The translations under genes were made by a program, and so were the position numbers. The notes under the pieces were generated by a model. The model worked only from the letters and a program-made list of their open reading frames with translations, was not told the DNA's origin and searched no databases. DNA of 52,801 nt from Octopus bimaculoides (taxonomy: Eukaryota), in the NCBI RefSeq assembly GCF_001194135.2, contig NC_068983.1, positions 95,121,967 to 95,174,767 of the forward strand, written 5' to 3'. This document shows positions 46,900 to 52,801 of this stretch, in pieces; position 1 is the first letter of the stretch, and each line of letters starts with the position of its first letter.

Positions 46900-47200
46900 T
46901 CATCCGCATATGCAAACATAGCTTTCCTGTGATCTAGATCTAGCGTGATGCTCTTCAAACTCTCCATCCTTCACAGGAAAGGTTCCAACGCCTAAAGAGC
47001 CAAGAGAAGGGTAGCCTCGCCAGATACTTAAAGGTTCCAAGAAGTGGTCGTTCAACTTGACAACTGAGTAGATGCTGCTGTACAGTGTGGTGACCCCAAC
47101 CAGATGTGCTGTCACCCCCATCAACATTTCCTCCACAGGTTGAAGCTGTTCCTGTTGCTGAGGATGTTGTCACTGTCAGTGATGAAGATGACAGCTCTTA
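46900..47200 (+). other. orphan segment ending in a copy of the pogo acidic C-terminus
   Basis: 47097-47191 matches 44401-44495 at 89/95 with no gaps. Confidence 0.85.
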
Positions 47201-47900
47201 GGACAGCCGCTAGATAGTGACGGTTTACACTGTCGAATGCCTTGGACTGATCTAAACTGACCAGTGTTCCGCCAAAGCTAAATCTATTCCCGACCCGTTC
47301 TTTGACGTATCGCATGAGCTGGAGATTGTCGTGGATAGACTTATCAGGTATCGAGCAGGCTTGTGCGTTTTAGAATACACAACCGAAAACAAGTGCCAGT
47401 GTCTTGGCGAGCTCCTTTACTAAATCCATTGACACTGAGCTGAGCAGTTATACGTCTGAAATTTTCAGTCATATGCCTCTTGATCGGATCCTTTCTTAGC
47501 AGTGTCACTACTACCCGCTGGCTCTTCTTTGACTGGGAATGTTGTTGGCAGCTGCAAAGACAAGAGCGAACAAATCTGATATGTGATTATAGGTGATGGA
47601 GCTACCTTTGTGGGTGATAGAGCTGATTTACACTCAAAACATCGGCTCAGCACGTCTGCTACTTCCTCTATTGAAATCGGCTCCTCACAAGACTCAATTT
47701 CTGTGTCCGATGGGCATGGCAAACCGTCAAAATAATCCTCAAAGCCTGCTGTCTCAGGCATACCAGTCCTCGAAATCAGTTCGGCGAAGTGCAGTCAAAA
47801 CACTGCGCTCATCTGGCTGAACTAGGTGAGCACAGCTGCTGCACTCTGCCACAGATCAAATTCTATCTGTAGCTACAGCTAGGTGAAGTGAGTTCATCTA
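47198..47900 (-). mobile_element. Tx1/L1-type LINE RT N-terminal fragment
   Basis: FEDYFDGLP..CEEPISIEEVADVL..CKS, IPDKSIHDNLQLMRYV, LVSLDQSKAFDSV. Confidence 0.85.
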
Positions 47901-48794
47901 TCATCTACGCTCGGACTGCAACAGTAAATCTTATGATCACAACTACGCTTATTTTTCAATTATAGATATAACATGCTACACAATATAAACCACTCTAATT
48001 TGTTCTTTGAATGCGTTCACTGAAGGTCATTTTATTGCATTCCTTCGGGACACACCGTTGACCGTTTCCTCGTTGTTCCGAACCAACTGTCTGCCAGTAT
48101 GCCAATATGATCATGCTGCTTTCTTTTTTTTTTTTTTTTTGGTCGGATTGTTTTTGTTTACTTATTAGTTTACTTGATGGCTAAAAACTGATGCAGGAAA
48201 ATAGTCTGGACTCGGTCTTCTACACAAATATCCAAGAGTCTTATTTGAGCCATCAGCGGTAGATGATGGACGTATGAAGAAGAGTGAATTATCAGTGGAT
48301 AAGGATTTTGTAAATCTGAATGATGTCAACTTCCGATGTCAGGGACTTAACGGTGATGCAAGAGGCTGCTATTTCTGATGAGTGTTCATACAGGTAGAAA
48401 TGTGAAGACTACACACACACATATACACACACATGAGAGAGGGTGTGTATAATTTATGTGGATCTGTATAAACATGGGTATGCATGATCGTATTGACCAC
48501 ACCAACACAATGCATCTGTAAGATTACGTGTATAAGTGCATGAGAGGGTACATATTATCTGCCAGTATTGTCAATGTGAGTCTGTATGTGTGTATGTGTA
48601 TATGTATATGAGTGTATATGTCTATAAGTGTGTGTTTCGTAAAATAAAAACCACAGAAAGGTGGTAAAGAAGTTATTTATATTTGCGTGAGAACTCAGAG
48701 GTGAAAATTTGTCACGAATACACCTGTCAGACAATCCTACTATAAACACATACACCCACAAATGCCAACTCTCAAATATAGGCGCGCTCGTACA

Positions 48795-48798
<4 letters not shown>

Positions 48799-48890
<92 letters not shown>
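48799..48890. repeat. (CA)n microsatellite
   Basis: Direct reading. Confidence 0.98.
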
Positions 48891-48892
<2 letters not shown>

Positions 48893-49024
48893 TAAATCTT
48901 TTGTTCTGGATTCTATTGCGAAAATCGTTTCTTACATCTACTGAAGCTTTGGGTTATTTCGAGCGTGGAATGTACCAGGCGGAAATCGCAGAGAAATGCG
49001 CGCGCGCGCGCGCAAGTATTTATA

Positions 49025-49234
49025 TCTTTTATCTTTTGCTTCAGTCATTGGACTGCGGCCATGCTGTGGCAGTGCTGTGAAGGGTTTTGGTCGAACAACT
49101 CGATCCCAGTACTTATGTTTACTTTAAGTCTCCTACTTATCCAATCGGTCTTTTTCGCCGAACCACTAATTACGGGGATGTAAACAAACCAACACCAGTT
49201 CCAAATGGTGGTAGGGTCAAATGCAGACACAGAA

Positions 49235-49269
<35 letters not shown>

Positions 49270-49270
49270 C
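49025..49270 (-). mobile_element. SINE-A tail with (CA)n
   Basis: TTCAGTCATTGGACTGCGGCCATGC..GCCGAACCACTAATTACGGGGATGTAAAC. Confidence 0.85.
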
Positions 49271-49514
49271 ACTTATAGTGTCGAAAGTTTAGTAGGTTCA
49301 ATGAAGGAGCCTACGAAACTAAGTTTTAACGTCTTAATTTTAATGTCTTTTAATAGTATATCAGTGGTGTGAGATTGTGATCTAGAGTAATACATTCTGC
49401 AGTCCATTTTACAAGGTTTGTGTACGTGATAATGTGTTCATCTGTTCTATAGTCGTTATGAACTTGATTCGTGAAATGCATTTTATGTGTGTGTTAAGTT
49501 TTTTATGTATAGGC

Positions 49515-50120
49515 AATGAATTACCAGAGTCGTTAGAGCGTTGGATAGAATGCTTCACTTCATTTGTTCTGACTCTTCACTCTTAGTTCAAATCCCGTCG
49601 AGGTCAGCTTTGCCCTTCATTTTTTCTGGGTTGAAAAAAATGAATCCTGGGCAGTGGACAAGCGAAACTGTTGCAGGATCGAGCGAGATGCCTTACTGTA
49701 ACTGTTCTGGCTCTTGGCGTTCTGACTGCTACAAATCCGACAATACTTGTGCCAAGCTGTACTAGCCCACATCGGTGGTATTTCCTTTGGACAAACATCT
49801 GTGGCATGGAAAGAGGAGACTTACATGTATAGGTAGCTGCTAAATCTTTCTAAAAAGAAAAAAAACCTTGCTCAGGCCCACCTCATACATTGTCATCCTA
49901 GATCGACGGATATCCCCGAGTGTGTGATGTATCTATTGGCTTGTATTTGTGTTTGTATTGTTCTATGGCCTAAGAATCGTTAGCATGTCGGACAAAATGT
50001 TTGGCAACATTTTGCCCGTCTTTAATTCTGAGTTAAAATTGCACTGAAGTCAATTTTGCCTTCCATTTTTTCGGGGTCGATAAATTAAGTACCATTTAAA
50101 ATTTAAGGGCTTGTGCCAAG
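49515..50120 (+). mobile_element. two partial SINE-B copies (49515-49635; 49972-50120) around an unassigned repeat
   Basis: GAGTCGTTAG..GTTCAAATCCCG and GAATCGTTAGC..GGGGTCGATAAATTAAGTACC. Confidence 0.7.
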
Positions 50121-50519
50121 TAGTGATTTCTCCATTGACATTTCGCCATCTGTGTGTCTATCTACTGTCTTCATGCTAACTCAAAGGAAACATTGATTTT
50201 GAATGGTGTCCTTCAGAGATGTGTCTTGGAAATGTTACTGTTCGTAGTAACTCACTGATTCTGCTTATAGTGTCTCTCTTTGAATGACACTCTCACTCGC
50301 TATAGTGATACACAGACAACTAAGAACATTTGGGCTGTTGCAATAGCATCCATCTTATTGATCTGGGAGGTCTGTCAGCAGCATCAATCATACTGGTTTT
50401 GGAGGTTTATTAACTGCGTAAACCAGCCCAGTCCAAGAAGTCACATCTATCACATCGGTTTCTTCAGTCTGTGAGGACTCCTTTGAAAAAAGAAAAGAAA
50501 TTCTCTACATTCTCTACAT

Positions 50520-51475
50520 GAGTGACTGTGTGGTAAGTAGCTTGCTTACCAGCCACATGGTTCCGGGTCCAGTCCCACTGCGTGGCACCTTGGACGAGTG
50601 TCTTCTACTATTACCTCGGGCCGACCAAAGTCTTGTGAGTGGATTTGGTAGACGGAAACTGAAAGTGACGCGTCGTATATATGCATATATATATATACAT
50701 ACATACATACATACATACATACATACANNNNNNNNNNNNNNNNNNNNNNNNNNNNNNNNNNNNNNNNNNNNNNNNNNNNNNNNNNNNNNNNNNNNNNNNN
50801 NNNNNNNNNNNNNNNNNNNNNNNNNNNNNNNNNNNNNNNNNNNNNNNNNNNNNNNNNNNNNNNNNNNNNNNNNNNNNNNNNNNNNNNNNNNNNNNNNNNN
50901 NNNNNNNNNNNNNNNNNNNNNNNNNNNNNNNNNNNNNNNNNNNNNNNNNNNNNNNNNNNNNNNNNNNNNNNNNNNNNNNNNNNNNNNNNNNNNNNNNNNN
51001 NNNNNNNNNNNNNNNNNNNNNNNNNNNNNNNNNNNNNNNNNNNNNNNNNNNNNNNNNNNNNNNNNNNNNNNNNNNNNNNNNNNNNNNNNNNNNNNNNNNN
51101 NNNNNNNNNNNNNNNNNNNNNNNNNNNNNNNNNNNNNNNNNNNNNNNNNNNNNNNNNNATATATATATATATACATACATACACACATGCATATATATAT
51201 GTGTGTGTGCGTGTATATATATATATATATATATATATACACGCACACACACACATATATATGTATATGTTTGTGTGTCTGCGCTTGTCCTCTAACATCG
51301 CTTGACAACCGATGTTAGTGTGTTTACGGCCCCGTAGCTTAATGGTTCGGCAAAAGATAGAATAAGTACTAGGCTTACAAAGAATAAGTCCTGTGGTCGA
51401 TGTGTTCGACTAAAGGCGGTGCTCCAGCATGGCCGCAGTCAGATGACTAAAACGAATAAAAGAATAAAAGAAATA
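50520..51475 (+). mobile_element. SINE-A with expanded internal microsatellite collapsed into a gap
   Basis: Well-preserved head 50520-50690 and tail 51280-51475. Confidence 0.88.
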
Positions 51476-51619
51476 ATTAAAAAATTCCAATTCAGATGCA
51501 AATTCTGGGATATTTTGTCGTATGAGTAGGATGCAAAAAATGATAAAAAAACAGAGTGAAATTAATTGATATGGAAGGCGTTGTAATTGTAGCTCTGTAT
51601 ATGTTGCAAGAATATGTAT

Positions 51620-51990
51620 AATGGTGTAACTAGGCTTATAATAGAATTCTGTTATGCATAAAAGGAACTACGCCCACTTACAACACCTACCTTTCTGCAT
51701 ATAATGAACGAACCAACATTTTACTGCTATCCGATTGTATGTCGTAAATTAACCCATCATCTCAGGCTTACGTGTCTCTATTCATGTAAGTTACCCTTGC
51801 ATGCCACACCTACCTACTACTGTATAATGAACCACCCTACTAGACAGACTTGTGTGTCTTCATACAATAGTTTTTGATTTAGACTCAAGGCCAAGTGTCT
51901 TTGTATAACAAGGAACGTAAACAAGTTCCACCTACGATAATGATTATATAATGAACTAACCCGACATTTGTACTTATTAACCTAATTATT
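51620..51990. repeat. degenerate ~123-bp tandem repeat, 3 units
   Basis: CACCTAC at 51684, 51807, 51929; ATAATGAAC at 51701, 51824, 51948. Confidence 0.7.
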
Positions 51991-52580
51991 TCTTTATTTA
52001 CCTTTGTGTATATATCTGTATGCGTGTATTTTTGTGCATGTGTATATGTGCATGTATGTGTATGTGTATGTTTACAACAAATCTGTACATCTAATTACAA
52101 GTTCCCACGCTAATAGAAACAAACCCATTCATGATATTGTTTTTGAAGCGCATTTTTTTTTTATACACATACCTTCACATTCACACGGGCGCGCGCGCGC
52201 AGATATGCCCACAAACATACACAAACAGACGCATTCGGGGAAGCTAAAATTGAATTTTCTGTCTGTCGCACTCAGAAACGGATGTTGAACTGAAATTTAT
52301 CTGTTTGTTTGAGAAAGGAAATCAAAACCTAGAAGCAATATTTCAGTAATAATATTTATGATATACAATTTATTATGCGAAAATGTCTAAAAAGACGCAA
52401 AATGGTGGCGTAAAGTTAATAAACCTGAAACTTTACACACACCTTAGTTGAAACGCCGAAATACATTTTCATTTTAAGTTTACTTGTTAATCTATATTCA
52501 GCTACACTCCCATGATAAACAGTTTTTAGATTGTATTTTAAGAGTACTGATTTGTATATTCTAAAACTATTTATATAAAT

Positions 52581-52752
52581 GCAGGCGTCGCAGTGTGATA
52601 AGAAGCATAATTCCCAACCACATGGTTCCAGGTTCAGTCCCACTGCATGTCACTTTGGGCAAGTGTCTTCTACTATAACTTCAAGCCGACCAATGCCTTG
52701 TGAGTGGATTTGGTAGACGGAAACTAAAAGAAGCCGGTCGTATATATGTATG

Positions 52753-52801
<49 letters not shown>
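52581..52801 (+). mobile_element. SINE-A head and start of its internal (TA/TGTA)n; runs off the window
   Basis: GGTTCAGTCCCACTG..GGGCAAGTGTCTTCTACTAT..GTGAGTGGATTTGGTAGACGGAAAC. Confidence 0.9.

Larger units (their letters stand above)
5518..51158. other. eight assembly gaps
   Basis: N runs at 5518-5617, 9646-10323, 24160-24729, 28932-29031, 32898-33767, 36414-36627, 45125-45148 and 50728-51158; many abut microsatellites. Confidence 0.99.

Noticed and set aside
48925-49012. Tc1/Tc3-like HTH start (ALGYFERGMYQAEIAEK)
   Set aside because: Under 30 codons, with no TIR or downstream transposase; could be chance.
48996-49013. (GC)n runs here and near 52190 as Z-DNA regulatory sites
   Set aside because: Short tracts among abundant microsatellites, with no gene context to support function.
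51620-51990. CRISPR-like repeat-spacer array
   Set aside because: Eukaryotic context, only 3 units, short non-identical motifs, no cas genes.

Overview
This is AT-rich eukaryotic, repeat-dominated DNA with 8 assembly gaps. I infer an octopus or other coleoid cephalopod genome from the tRNA-derived SINE families and microsatellite load, without a database check. I found no host protein-coding exon, rRNA, true tRNA or CRISPR array. The window is a nested stack of decayed transposable elements. Non-LTR retroelements: two RTE LINEs, several R4/Dong-type RLE LINE pieces, two Tx1/L1-type pieces and a Penelope-like element. DNA transposons: two mariners, two maT-like DD37D copies, a Tc1 DD34E with long IR/DR ends, a pogo/Tigger DD32D and two hAT MITEs. 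There are also three SINE families (working labels SINE-A, -B, -C) and many microsatellites. Best leads: (1) one SINE-B tail variant matches the last 36 nt of the Tx1-like LINE, suggesting a Tx1-SINE partnership; (2) that Tx1 copy sits inside a (GATA)n tract; (3) a Sleeping-Beauty-type IR/DR Tc1 is nested inside a SINE; (4) a 95-bp pogo C-terminal segment recurs inside a broken Tx1. Most element boundaries are approximate (tens of bp) because alignments were done by eye; TIR, TSD and motif coordinates were counted directly.
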